From IMG/VR virus record IMGVR_UViG_3300028048_000123, positions 12,465 to 76,464 of that record: a stretch of 64,000 nucleotides of DNA. One strand, given 5' to 3'. Each line of letters begins with the position of its first letter. Positions within the stretch are counted from its first letter, which is position 1. Source of the DNA: a virus. Its lineage: Duplodnaviria; Caudoviricetes. The translations under genes were made by a program, and so were the position numbers. Below are positions 51,928 through 60,275 of the stretch, piece by piece. The notes below the pieces were generated by a model. The model saw only the letters and a program-made list of their open reading frames with translations. It ran no database searches and had not been told where the DNA came from.

Positions 51928-52952
51928 TATGACATCACCTCCTCTTCATACTTCCAATAATTATTCATATATTTTTTTCCTGTTAAGCAGCTTTCATTTA
52001 TTTTTCGTGCTATATTTCGTTGTCTTTTATAGTCATTTGATAGCGTTTTTGAATAACTAGCTGCTGATTCTAATTTTTCTATTATATTATACGATTCATC
52101 TAATCGAAAAATTACTTTTGCTCTGGCTTGCTTATTTTCTTTTTTTACTATGTCTTCTGACAAAGGGCTATCTTTATAGTCTTCATAATGTCGCCAAATA
52201 AATCCATAGGCATGTCCTAGTTTTTCTTTACAAATTTTATGTATTCTACCCATAGCTGTATTAGGTAAAGTATTCTTGTATTCATCTTGAGCTATTACTG
52301 CAAGTGCAGCTGTATAAGATGACTCAAAAACTTGAATAAACTCACCTGTCTTTAAATTATATTGGCCTACTTTTGCTATTCCTGCTGTAATTCTAGCTTT
52401 TGCTCTGCTACAGTTTTTAAAAGCATCTGGTATATGTAAACCTTTATTCCAAGGCACCATACCTTTTCTAGCTATGCTTAGCTTTCTTTTAGCTTCTTCA
52501 GACTTAGGCTTACCCTTTTGGCGTTCTGAGTTAGCTTTACAAATAGCTTTATATTTTTCTGGATTATTTTCTTTAAGGTTTTTCCACCAAGCTTTATTTT
52601 TTTCACTCATTTTCTTTTTATCAGCTTCTGTAAAAACATATCCATGAGTGCCTTGACCACCTAAAGTCATATTATAACCACAATTATTCTTGTAATAAGT
52701 GTTATATTGTTTAATATATTCTTGTTCTTTTTTGTCAATATTTGCAGTATCAATATTAGACTCAAGTATCTCAAAAGTAAAATTATCTAATCCATATTTA
52801 TCTAAAGCAGCATGAAAAATCGTTGTAGCTTTTGTATAGGGAATATCATTAATGTGTTCAAAAATTCTACGATCAAGTCTACCTTCTTTTGTCTGACCAA
52901 TATATTTTTTATTATTAATAAGATTAGTTGCTAAATAAATTATATGTTTCAT
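51927..52952 (-). CDS. GIY-YIG homing endonuclease inserted between polA pieces
   Basis: IIYLATNLINNKKYIGQT, GYNMTLGGQG, NUMOD repeats. Confidence 0.88.
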   Translation of the reverse strand: MKHIIYLATNLINNKKYIGQTKEGRLDRRIFEHINDIPYTKATTIFHAALDKYGLDNFTFEILESNIDTANIDKKEQEYIKQYNTYYKNNCGYNMTLGGQGTHGYVFTEADKKKMSEKNKAWWKNLKENNPEKYKAICKANSERQKGKPKSEEAKRKLSIARKGMVPWNKGLHIPDAFKNCSRAKARITAGIAKVGQYNLKTGEFIQVFESSYTAALAVIAQDEYKNTLPNTAMGRIHKICKEKLGHAYGFIWRHYEDYKDSPLSEDIVKKENKQARAKVIFRLDESYNIIEKLESAASYSKTLSNDYKRQRNIARKINESCLTGKKYMNNYWKYEEEVMS

Positions 52953-52989
52953 GGTATATCTCTCCTGGCTGCTAATTATAGCTTGTCAT

Positions 52990-53000
52990 TTAATTTAGCA
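52990..53000 (-). promoter_or_regulatory. GCTAAATTA element overlapping the stop of polA piece C
   Basis: TGC-TAA-ATTAA upstream of the GIY-YIG gene. Confidence 0.55.
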
Positions 53001-53387
53001 CTTCTTAAACATGAGTTTTATATTTTGTTCATCAACTGGCTGCTTATCAGTAATAGCTAACCAACCATCATCAGCTTTAATCTTATCACCTATCTGTAGG
53101 TCTTTAACAGCTACATCACCATTATCTGTTTCTAGCATATTATAATATAGAGTTGTTATTCCTGTTTGGTCGTCTACTTCTACTTGTTCCTCTTTACCTG
53201 AGCCAGAAACAACTTTTTTACCATCTATTTCAACTACTGAACCTGGCTTATAAAACTCTAAGCAGTCTTCATAAGGCATATCAAAAATCATACTAGCAAT
53301 AATAGCATAAGCATCTTTGCCTTCAGCATAAGCTTTCAAAAGTGTTGGGTCTTGGCTTAAGTATGCAGCTAATCTTAATTCTTGTCC
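52995..53387 (-). CDS. polA: PolA piece C: second half of motif A plus Hint-like tail
   Basis: GQELRLAAYLSQDPTLLKAYAEGKDAYAIIASMIF; no start codon of its own at motif A. Confidence 0.8.
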   Translation of the reverse strand, partial: GQELRLAAYLSQDPTLLKAYAEGKDAYAIIASMIFDMPYEDCLEFYKPGSVVEIDGKKVVSGSGKEEQVEVDDQTGITTLYYNMLETDNGDVAVKDLQIGDKIKADDGWLAITDKQPVDEQNIKLMFKKC

Positions 53388-53391
53388 TGAC

Positions 53392-53448
53392 CTAAGAATA
53401 GTCTGATCCGACTATTTTACAATTAGCACGAACTTTAACAGACTTCAT
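53392..53448 (-). CDS. polA: PolA piece B: 18-codon mini-ORF ending in motif A (DYS)
   Basis: MKSVKVRANCKIVGSDYS-TAG; SD GGAGGTGA; TAATG overlap with the piece A stop. Confidence 0.75.
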   Translation of the reverse strand: MKSVKVRANCKIVGSDYS

Positions 53449-55418
53449 TAGACATCACCTCCCTCTTTAATATAAAATGTATAATAATTATTTTCATAGT
53501 TAATATTTATAATAGTATCTATGCCTTCTGTTGAGACTAACTTATCGCCAATCTTTACATCGGGTGCTTTCTTATAGCCTTCAGTTGTTTCTATTTCTGA
53601 GGTTTCATAAATCTTATAACAGTCATCTAAACATTCACAGTCATAGACTTTTTTACCTGCTCTGAATAGCGTTCTTATTTCAGGGTTGTGTGATGGAATA
53701 TTTTGGCTGTTAATTGAGTTCATTTCAACTGGATTATCATTCTCGTCTAAGAACTTAAACTTACCGCCTGAAGCAAAACGGCCTGTGTCAGTTCCTGTGC
53801 TATTTAGTCTGTATCTAATACGACCATCTGGCCAATATTTAGCTAAGGCCGGAATAACATCAATATAAGTTGTAATTAGCTTTACAATACCACGTCTTAC
53901 CAATAAAGCTTTACACAAATTGTGTGCTGCTGGTAAAGCTTGCTTATAAAGCTCAATTAGCTTATCTCTGTCTGGCAAGAATTGCTTTACTTTAGCTGTT
54001 GTATAAAACTCAAAGCCTGGCATATTCTCTTTCACCTTTTTATCTTTAGCTTGTTTCTCAGCTTCTTTTTGTGCTGATTCTTCCATGATTAAGAATTGGT
54101 CTACTGTTGCCTCAGCTATTTCATCTAAGCTATCTAAGTCAGCTAATAATTGGTCATCTAAAAACTTAATTTCATCTTCACCTGTAGCTCTTGGATTCTT
54201 TGGGTCAGCCGGCTGTCTTAATAATATATCATAAAATAATATAGCAAGTTGTGTTGGTGAAGCTAGGTTAATTGGGTCTTCAAGTTGAGAAACCATTGGT
54301 TTACCAAGTTTATACTTTCTTCCTTTATCATCTTGAAGTGTATAAGTTTCTTCAGCTTTTTGTAAAGACATTTTAGATTTAGAAGACTGATATATTCTAC
54401 CTCTGCTGTTTGCATAATAAGATAGCTTCCATGCAGAAATTAAATCTTTTAAGTTATTTAATTCTTTTGCTATATCAGCATCTAGCTCTTCTAATTGCTT
54501 ATCATATTTAATTTTTAAACGTGCGCCTTCTTCTTGGTCAATATCAACACCATATAGCTCTGTCTCAGCAGTAACTTCAACTGATGGAATCTCAATTTGT
54601 TCCATTAGCTTTAATTGTCTTGCATTTTCTGGTTTATTAAAATACTCCATTTCCCATTCATAAACCTTATAAGTCATAAGTGAATCGGTAGCAGCATACA
54701 AAGCAAATATATCTGGGTCGACATATCTGTAAGGTGTGCCTTCAAATAAAGCATCAATACTATATTTTGTTTGTGTTGGGTCAATATAAGTTGTATAAAT
54801 ATATTTTAAGCTAACCTTTTTATCAGCAAAAACATTCTCATCTATGATTCTGGCTGCTACTAATGTGTCCCAAGTTGGAGCTAATTGTAGGCCGCATGTG
54901 CATTTCAAAACTTCATAATCGAACTTTCCGTTATGCATTATGATATTTGGCTTATTTGGGCTTATAACGAGACGAGAAAGCTGTTCTTTAATATCTTTTT
55001 CAGTTAGCTGATAAGAAAGTCTTTCATTTGTATCAACATTTGTGTGATTTACAGGCACATATATCTGCTTCTTTCCAGGCACATATAAACATAAGCCCAT
55101 AATTTGGCAAGTATAAGCATCAGTGCTGTTATTTGTTTCAGTGTCGACTGCTATACAGCCTACTTCTAATGCAGCATCTATATAAGCTCTAAACTCATCT
55201 ATGCTTGTAACAACCTTAATATTAAGCTTTTGTCTACCTAATACTCTTAAAACATTCTCGCTGATGAAACTTAATCTTTCTTGAAGTGTAATACTTTTAG
55301 ATTTTAATACTTTCTTAGCATCAACTTCAGAAAGCTCGCCTTCAGCACGCTTTAATATGTCCTTTATATCAGGTTTTTCTAATGTAATTTCAAACTCGTC
55401 ACCAAATAGTCCTGGCAT
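53448..55418 (-). CDS. polA: PolA piece A: 3'-5' exonuclease, thumb and Hint-like tail
   Basis: AVDTETN, MHNGKFD, YAATDS, NLASPTQLA, GTDTGRFAS, NSQNIP. Confidence 0.9.
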   Translation of the reverse strand: MPGLFGDEFEITLEKPDIKDILKRAEGELSEVDAKKVLKSKSITLQERLSFISENVLRVLGRQKLNIKVVTSIDEFRAYIDAALEVGCIAVDTETNNSTDAYTCQIMGLCLYVPGKKQIYVPVNHTNVDTNERLSYQLTEKDIKEQLSRLVISPNKPNIIMHNGKFDYEVLKCTCGLQLAPTWDTLVAARIIDENVFADKKVSLKYIYTTYIDPTQTKYSIDALFEGTPYRYVDPDIFALYAATDSLMTYKVYEWEMEYFNKPENARQLKLMEQIEIPSVEVTAETELYGVDIDQEEGARLKIKYDKQLEELDADIAKELNNLKDLISAWKLSYYANSRGRIYQSSKSKMSLQKAEETYTLQDDKGRKYKLGKPMVSQLEDPINLASPTQLAILFYDILLRQPADPKNPRATGEDEIKFLDDQLLADLDSLDEIAEATVDQFLIMEESAQKEAEKQAKDKKVKENMPGFEFYTTAKVKQFLPDRDKLIELYKQALPAAHNLCKALLVRRGIVKLITTYIDVIPALAKYWPDGRIRYRLNSTGTDTGRFASGGKFKFLDENDNPVEMNSINSQNIPSHNPEIRTLFRAGKKVYDCECLDDCYKIYETSEIETTEGYKKAPDVKIGDKLVSTEGIDTIININYENNYYTFYIKEGGDV

Positions 55419-55468
55419 TTCTTACCTCATTTTAAAACAGTATTCATAATAATATACAATATAAAAAA

Positions 55469-55500
55469 GAATAAATTGCCATTTTTCAGACAATTTATTC
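55469..55500 (-). terminator. Intrinsic terminator after ssb
   Basis: GAATAAATTG/CAATTTATTC stem plus T tract. Confidence 0.75.
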
Positions 55501-55533
55501 AATATTTAAGTTATGAAACTTAATCGTAGCCTA

Positions 55534-56433
55534 TTAGAAATTAAACTTTGGTGCTGGTCTCTCAAATGTTCTTTGAGGTGCATCTGCTGTTGGTGTTGGA
55601 GCTGGTTGTGCAGGTGTTTCATTAGCTAACAAAGCTTCTGCTGCTGCTAATACTCCGCCTACTTCTGGCTCAGCTACCTTAGGCATAACTAGAGCTGCAT
55701 ATTCATCAGCCATAAATGGTGGTTGGGTAGCAGGTTCATCTTTAACAGGAGCTGCTTCTGTCTTTTCAGCCTTCTTAAAAGCTGGGAATTCACCTGTTTC
55801 TAAGAAAGTGGCAATTTCATCTTCTGTCTTTACCCAATAGTCATGCTTAGCTGGGTCATAACCTTCAAAAGCACTGAAATCTGTTGGAATATTATAGTTA
55901 GCTGCCATCTTTTCAGGAATATAGTTAGCTGTATATGTAACCTTAGTTCCCTTTTCTCTGCCACCAATACGGTTAATTGTGAATAAGCTTTCTCTTAAAT
56001 CACCATAAGTTGTCAATAATGTATTGATTTCTTGAGCTCCATAATAAGCATTCTTTTGCCAGATAGCTGGTTGTGGATCACTGTATGTTCCTGTAGCTCT
56101 ATCTAGATAAGATACAATAACTGGGATGAAAACTTGGTTTTGAGCCTTACCTACATTTTCTGCGCCTTCTTTATTAGCAGTGCATAATGGGCACTTGTTT
56201 TCAAAAGAATCAATAGCATTAAAACAGCTAATTGTCTTCCAGCCTTGCTTATCCTTAATTGTATGAACCTTAGCGAACTTTAGCTCATCAATCTTACTTA
56301 CATTAAATCTAACAACAGCTGAATCACCATCATTTGATAGCTTAAAGAAACCAATCTTTTGTCCGCTACCTTTTTGTGTGCTTCCTGATCTGTTGTTTTG
56401 CTTCATTAATTCTGCATAATTAAAACTACTCAT
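55534..56433 (-). CDS. ssb: Single-stranded DNA-binding protein, gp32-like
   Basis: GFFKLSNDGDSAVVRF, CPLC, Pro/Ala-rich tail ending in F; position in the replication operon. Confidence 0.65.
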   Translation of the reverse strand: MSSFNYAELMKQNNRSGSTQKGSGQKIGFFKLSNDGDSAVVRFNVSKIDELKFAKVHTIKDKQGWKTISCFNAIDSFENKCPLCTANKEGAENVGKAQNQVFIPVIVSYLDRATGTYSDPQPAIWQKNAYYGAQEINTLLTTYGDLRESLFTINRIGGREKGTKVTYTANYIPEKMAANYNIPTDFSAFEGYDPAKHDYWVKTEDEIATFLETGEFPAFKKAEKTEAAPVKDEPATQPPFMADEYAALVMPKVAEPEVGGVLAAAEALLANETPAQPAPTPTADAPQRTFERPAPKFNF

Positions 56434-56469
56434 AAATTATAAAATCTCCTTCGCTTTTTCGCGTCTCAT

Positions 56470-56481
56470 TATATTATACAT
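56470..56481 (-). promoter_or_regulatory. Sigma70-type -10 promoter
   Basis: ATGTATAATATA upstream of ssb. Confidence 0.5.
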
Positions 56482-57448
56482 TGTCATTTACAAATTTTAT
56501 CGAATTATTTTCAATTTGTGGTAAATTATATTGTTTTATCAACTGTTCCCACTCTGAATCTGATAAATCATTTACGTCTTTTTTACCATTAGGCATATAT
56601 ACGTCTACTATTATTATATGTTTTCCAAGCTTTTTCTTTAGCTTATTTCTAAAAATTTCACCATATTGGTCATTATCAAAAGCTGCATATAAAATATTTA
56701 TACCTGATTTATTTAAATCCTCTATTTGCTCATCAGCTATACTTCCTAAGGTTGCTATCGTTGGCACATTATGACACCAACCTGTTAAGCAGTCAATAGG
56801 TCCTTCAGCTATCATAGCACGTTTTAAGTTGTTTTTAATAATTATATTTAGATTATATACTTCTCTTCGTGCATCTCTTGGCATAAAGAAGCTTTTATAG
56901 TCTACGGATCTCTTAGCAAATAATACTAAATCGCCTTTAATATTATATACAGGAAAAATAACTTTTCTTTCTTTTGGATCATATTTAACATTAAACTCTT
57001 CACAAATTGTTCTGCTAAGCTTTCTTTGTGCTAAATATTGACAATACGATGTGTAACTATCTAATATAGACTTATCTATTTTAATACCTGTATTCTTTTT
57101 TCCTAATTGAACAGGGTCTCCAAGCTTAATTTTAGTGGCTGCTACTTTACCGTATCTTTTAATTAGCCAATCTTTAGCAAAATCTATTGAGCTTCCAAAA
57201 CAAGCTTGCACAAATTGGGCTATATTTCCTGAGGCATCACAAGAGAAGCAGTGCCAAGTGCCAGTCTCTGGGTCTATATAACAGCTATTCTTTCTTTCTA
57301 AGCCATTCTTATGCACAGGACAAGGCACGCTGTAACCTGCAGTCTTCATTTCATGAAAAGCTAGCTTGCCATTTGTCAAGCTTAGCTTTAAATCACTTAC
57401 TATCTTAGGTATTTCTTCATCTATATAATAATTATCTACTGTAATCAT
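56474..57448 (-). CDS. dnaG: DNA primase (CHC2 Zn finger + TOPRIM)
   Basis: CPVH...WHCFSC, IAEGPID, FDNDQYG, KDVND. Confidence 0.9.
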   Translation of the reverse strand: MITVDNYYIDEEIPKIVSDLKLSLTNGKLAFHEMKTAGYSVPCPVHKNGLERKNSCYIDPETGTWHCFSCDASGNIAQFVQACFGSSIDFAKDWLIKRYGKVAATKIKLGDPVQLGKKNTGIKIDKSILDSYTSYCQYLAQRKLSRTICEEFNVKYDPKERKVIFPVYNIKGDLVLFAKRSVDYKSFFMPRDARREVYNLNIIIKNNLKRAMIAEGPIDCLTGWCHNVPTIATLGSIADEQIEDLNKSGINILYAAFDNDQYGEIFRNKLKKKLGKHIIIVDVYMPNGKKDVNDLSDSEWEQLIKQYNLPQIENNSIKFVNDNV

Positions 57449-58809
57449 TAGTTAAATACACTATCTGGGTTTGTTATTGTTCCAGAGCTAACTGGTGCAT
57501 AGCTGTCAGCTAGATTTTGTTGGTCTTCTGAGCTTGTTACACCATCGCCAGAAACTGGAATATAGTTAAATCTACCTATATTAAAATCTGTTGTATACTT
57601 AAGCTTATTATGATCGCCACCATCTCTTGCTTTGATAATGTTTAATGTAAGCTCTATAGTATGATTTTCATAATCAGGATTCTTTTGCTCTAACGCAATA
57701 ATTGTTGTTGCATATCTACTAATCTTATCTGAGCCTGCAACTTGTGTTGTATCTTGTTCACCATCTTCATTCTTTGTTCTATTCATTTGACAAACTGAAA
57801 TAATTGGTATTTGCTTTTCTACTTGTAATTGCTTAATCTTCTTGGCTATTAACCCAACTCTTTCATGCTCAGCTTTTACATAAGTGTGCTCTTCAAGCAA
57901 ATCGTATTGGTCTACAAATAAGATTTCTAAGTTTTCTTTTTCAATAAAAGCTTTTAATGTATCTACTGTTACTTCACCGCCTGGAACATCATTTGGTGTC
58001 AATACCTTAATTGGTGCATGCTCCGTTGCTTTTAGTGAATCAATATATGCTTTATATCTTTGTTGCACAAATAAATCGCCACGGTTAATTGAGCTATTTT
58101 GAATATGACTTATGAAAGTATCAATTCTATAACCTACTTTATCGGCAGTCATTTCGCCTTCATATATACCAACTCGCTTACCTTCTAACCAAGCTTCTGC
58201 AGCCATCTTTAACAAAACTTGTGTTTTACCTACACCTGTTCTTGCTATGATGACCATATTTTCTTCAAGCATATCAATACCGCCTTCACTTACGCCTGTA
58301 TTGTTCTTATCTGTTCGGCTTAGCTTTTGATCAAGCTCTGGAAAACCTGTTGAAATATAGTACTTATTTTTCTGAACAGACTTTTCTAAGTATCTGTCAT
58401 AACGACTTGTATCTTTAATTAAATCTGTGCATTGAATACCAGTTGTTATCTTTGATAGCTTCTCTGCACCATCTTTAAGTAGTTGTTCAGCTTTTGCATA
58501 TTCACCATTCTCAAGTTTACGCTTACCTTCATTCCACATTGTAGCCATATAATTTGCTTTGTAGTCTTGAATAAGTTGCTCAACTATAAAGTTATCTGGC
58601 TCTCTAACTTCTACATAAGAGAAGTCTGGGAATACGCTTAAAAATGTGACTTTATCAGGCACAACTTTATACATTTCATAATGTTGTTTAATAAAATTAT
58701 ATTCAGCTTTTGTATCTGAGAAGAATTCTTCAGTTAAGTTATTATTTGTAATAAGAGATAGGTCTTTCTTATCTAAGATTCTACATAAAGCTTGTACTTG
58801 ACTTACCAT
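57448..58809 (-). CDS. dnaB: DnaB-like replicative helicase
   Basis: STGFPELD, ARTGVGKT, LFVDQYDL, QMNR, KARDG. Confidence 0.9.
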   Translation of the reverse strand: MVSQVQALCRILDKKDLSLITNNNLTEEFFSDTKAEYNFIKQHYEMYKVVPDKVTFLSVFPDFSYVEVREPDNFIVEQLIQDYKANYMATMWNEGKRKLENGEYAKAEQLLKDGAEKLSKITTGIQCTDLIKDTSRYDRYLEKSVQKNKYYISTGFPELDQKLSRTDKNNTGVSEGGIDMLEENMVIIARTGVGKTQVLLKMAAEAWLEGKRVGIYEGEMTADKVGYRIDTFISHIQNSSINRGDLFVQQRYKAYIDSLKATEHAPIKVLTPNDVPGGEVTVDTLKAFIEKENLEILFVDQYDLLEEHTYVKAEHERVGLIAKKIKQLQVEKQIPIISVCQMNRTKNEDGEQDTTQVAGSDKISRYATTIIALEQKNPDYENHTIELTLNIIKARDGGDHNKLKYTTDFNIGRFNYIPVSGDGVTSSEDQQNLADSYAPVSSGTITNPDSVFN

Positions 58810-59519
58810 TATGCTTGCCCTCCCTTATCTTCTGTTTGTAATGTGTATGCAAGTGCTCTCTTGTCTTTACCTTTTAGCTCAATATCTACTGAGAGATTGC
58901 ATATTCTGCTACCTAAACGTTCACCTAAAGCTGCATAAATAGCATCTTTGCCTAAGTTTGATGTGTAAATATTAGCTTTTCCATCAATAATTCTTGGATC
59001 AATGAAGTTTAATAGCTGATTAATTTCATATTCTGTGCCCATTTTATTGCAAATATCGTCCCAAACGACTAAATCTGCCTCATAAATATGCTCTTTTATA
59101 TACTTTGCATAGTCATTTGAGCTATCAATGTTGTCTTTTAAAGCAACTAAAAGCTTTGGCACGCTAACAAATAAAGCTCTACAAGCTAAATCTGAGCCTG
59201 GCCAAATCTTATTAAAGTATGCTTCTATCATTCTATAACACCAACTTGACTTACCATTTCCACAGGTTGATGAGTGAATAAATAGATTTCTACCTTCTTT
59301 TACAAAGTTTTCTATATCAGCTTCAATACTTGCTAACTGTGTAAACTCATTAAGGTCTGTGCCATCAGCATCTATATGCAATGTAATATGCTTACGTTTA
59401 TTCTCTGGAATTAAAGCAGCAGTATAAAGACTATCCATCTTATACTTTCTTAAACAAAAATCTGCTTCGCAATCTTTACCATTGCATATTGATTTTAAAT
59501 AGCAATCTTGTACTGCCAT
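58809..59519 (-). CDS. dnaC: DnaC/IstB-like helicase loader
   Basis: TCGNGKS, ADLVVWDD, IYTSN, LGSRI. Confidence 0.8.
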   Translation of the reverse strand: MAVQDCYLKSICNGKDCEADFCLRKYKMDSLYTAALIPENKRKHITLHIDADGTDLNEFTQLASIEADIENFVKEGRNLFIHSSTCGNGKSSWCYRMIEAYFNKIWPGSDLACRALFVSVPKLLVALKDNIDSSNDYAKYIKEHIYEADLVVWDDICNKMGTEYEINQLLNFIDPRIIDGKANIYTSNLGKDAIYAALGERLGSRICNLSVDIELKGKDKRALAYTLQTEDKGGQA

Positions 59520-59521
59520 TC

Positions 59522-60082
59522 TTATTTTGTCTCCTTCTTATCTGTGCTGCCTTGCCAGCCATCACCACGACTTGTCTTTTCTGTGAAAAAGTCTTCTGGT
59601 GCTTTGTCTTCAATTTCAATTGGTTCAATAGAAATAAAATGTGGAATAAATTGAATACACTTTTTATCACATTCTAATGTTTGATATTCATCTGATGTAT
59701 TGATTAAGTGTCCGTGCCATTGACCCTGATATGAATTATCAATTACTGAAGCTCCAAAAACAAGCTTCTTCTTTGTAGCAATACCTGACTTATTATTAGC
59801 AATTAAAGCTAAATTAGCTTCAAACTTGCTTTCAATACCAAGCGGAATAATAATGTCCTTGTGTGGTGCAATCTCAATAATACCAGTTTTTATATCAAAG
59901 ACTGTAGGACCTTCTACTATATGTTCTACATCGCTGTTATAAATAATTAAATCTGGATTCTTTGCTTTTAATGCTTTTACAAAGCTTTCTGTATTGCTTG
60001 GCACATAAACATCAATGCCTGCATTTTCTAAAGGATTTCTTTCTGGGTCCTTAACTTCTAATACCTTTATAAACTTTATCAT
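59522..60082 (-). CDS. dut: Trimeric dUTPase
   Basis: NAGIDVY, NKSG, VIDNSYQG, RGDGWQGSTD. Confidence 0.9.
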   Translation of the reverse strand: MIKFIKVLEVKDPERNPLENAGIDVYVPSNTESFVKALKAKNPDLIIYNSDVEHIVEGPTVFDIKTGIIEIAPHKDIIIPLGIESKFEANLALIANNKSGIATKKKLVFGASVIDNSYQGQWHGHLINTSDEYQTLECDKKCIQFIPHFISIEPIEIEDKAPEDFFTEKTSRGDGWQGSTDKKETK

Positions 60083-60178
60083 GTTTCTCTCCTTAATTCT
60101 TCTTTATATTATACGCTTTTATTTTAATCATTTTATTAGAAATAAGCTAATTAGCCTTAAACTTTCATAATTAGCCTA

Positions 60179-60199
60179 TATGAGCTTATAACGAGCCCA
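60179..60199. repeat. 21-bp imperfect palindrome, copy 3 (inverted, 18/21)
   Basis: Reverse complement reads TGGGCTCGTTATAAGCTCATA. Confidence 0.7.
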
Positions 60200-60205
60200 C
60201 ACTAA

Positions 60206-60219
60206 TATATTATACAATA
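60206..60219 (-). promoter_or_regulatory. Sigma70-type -10 promoter
   Basis: TATTGTATAATATA upstream of the dut/replication operon. Confidence 0.6.
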
Positions 60220-60239
60220 TAAAATTAAGTAATATATAA

Positions 60240-60269
60240 AAATAGACGGTATTTTTTAACCGTCTATTT
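60240..60269 (-). terminator. Intrinsic terminator
   Basis: AAATAGACGGT/ACCGTCTATTT stem. Confidence 0.8.
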
Positions 60270-60275
60270 ATATTT

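Noticed and set aside
51830-53000. Group I intron containing the GIY-YIG gene in polA
   Set aside because: There is too little non-coding sequence for a ribozyme core, and coding segments abut the endonuclease on both sides.
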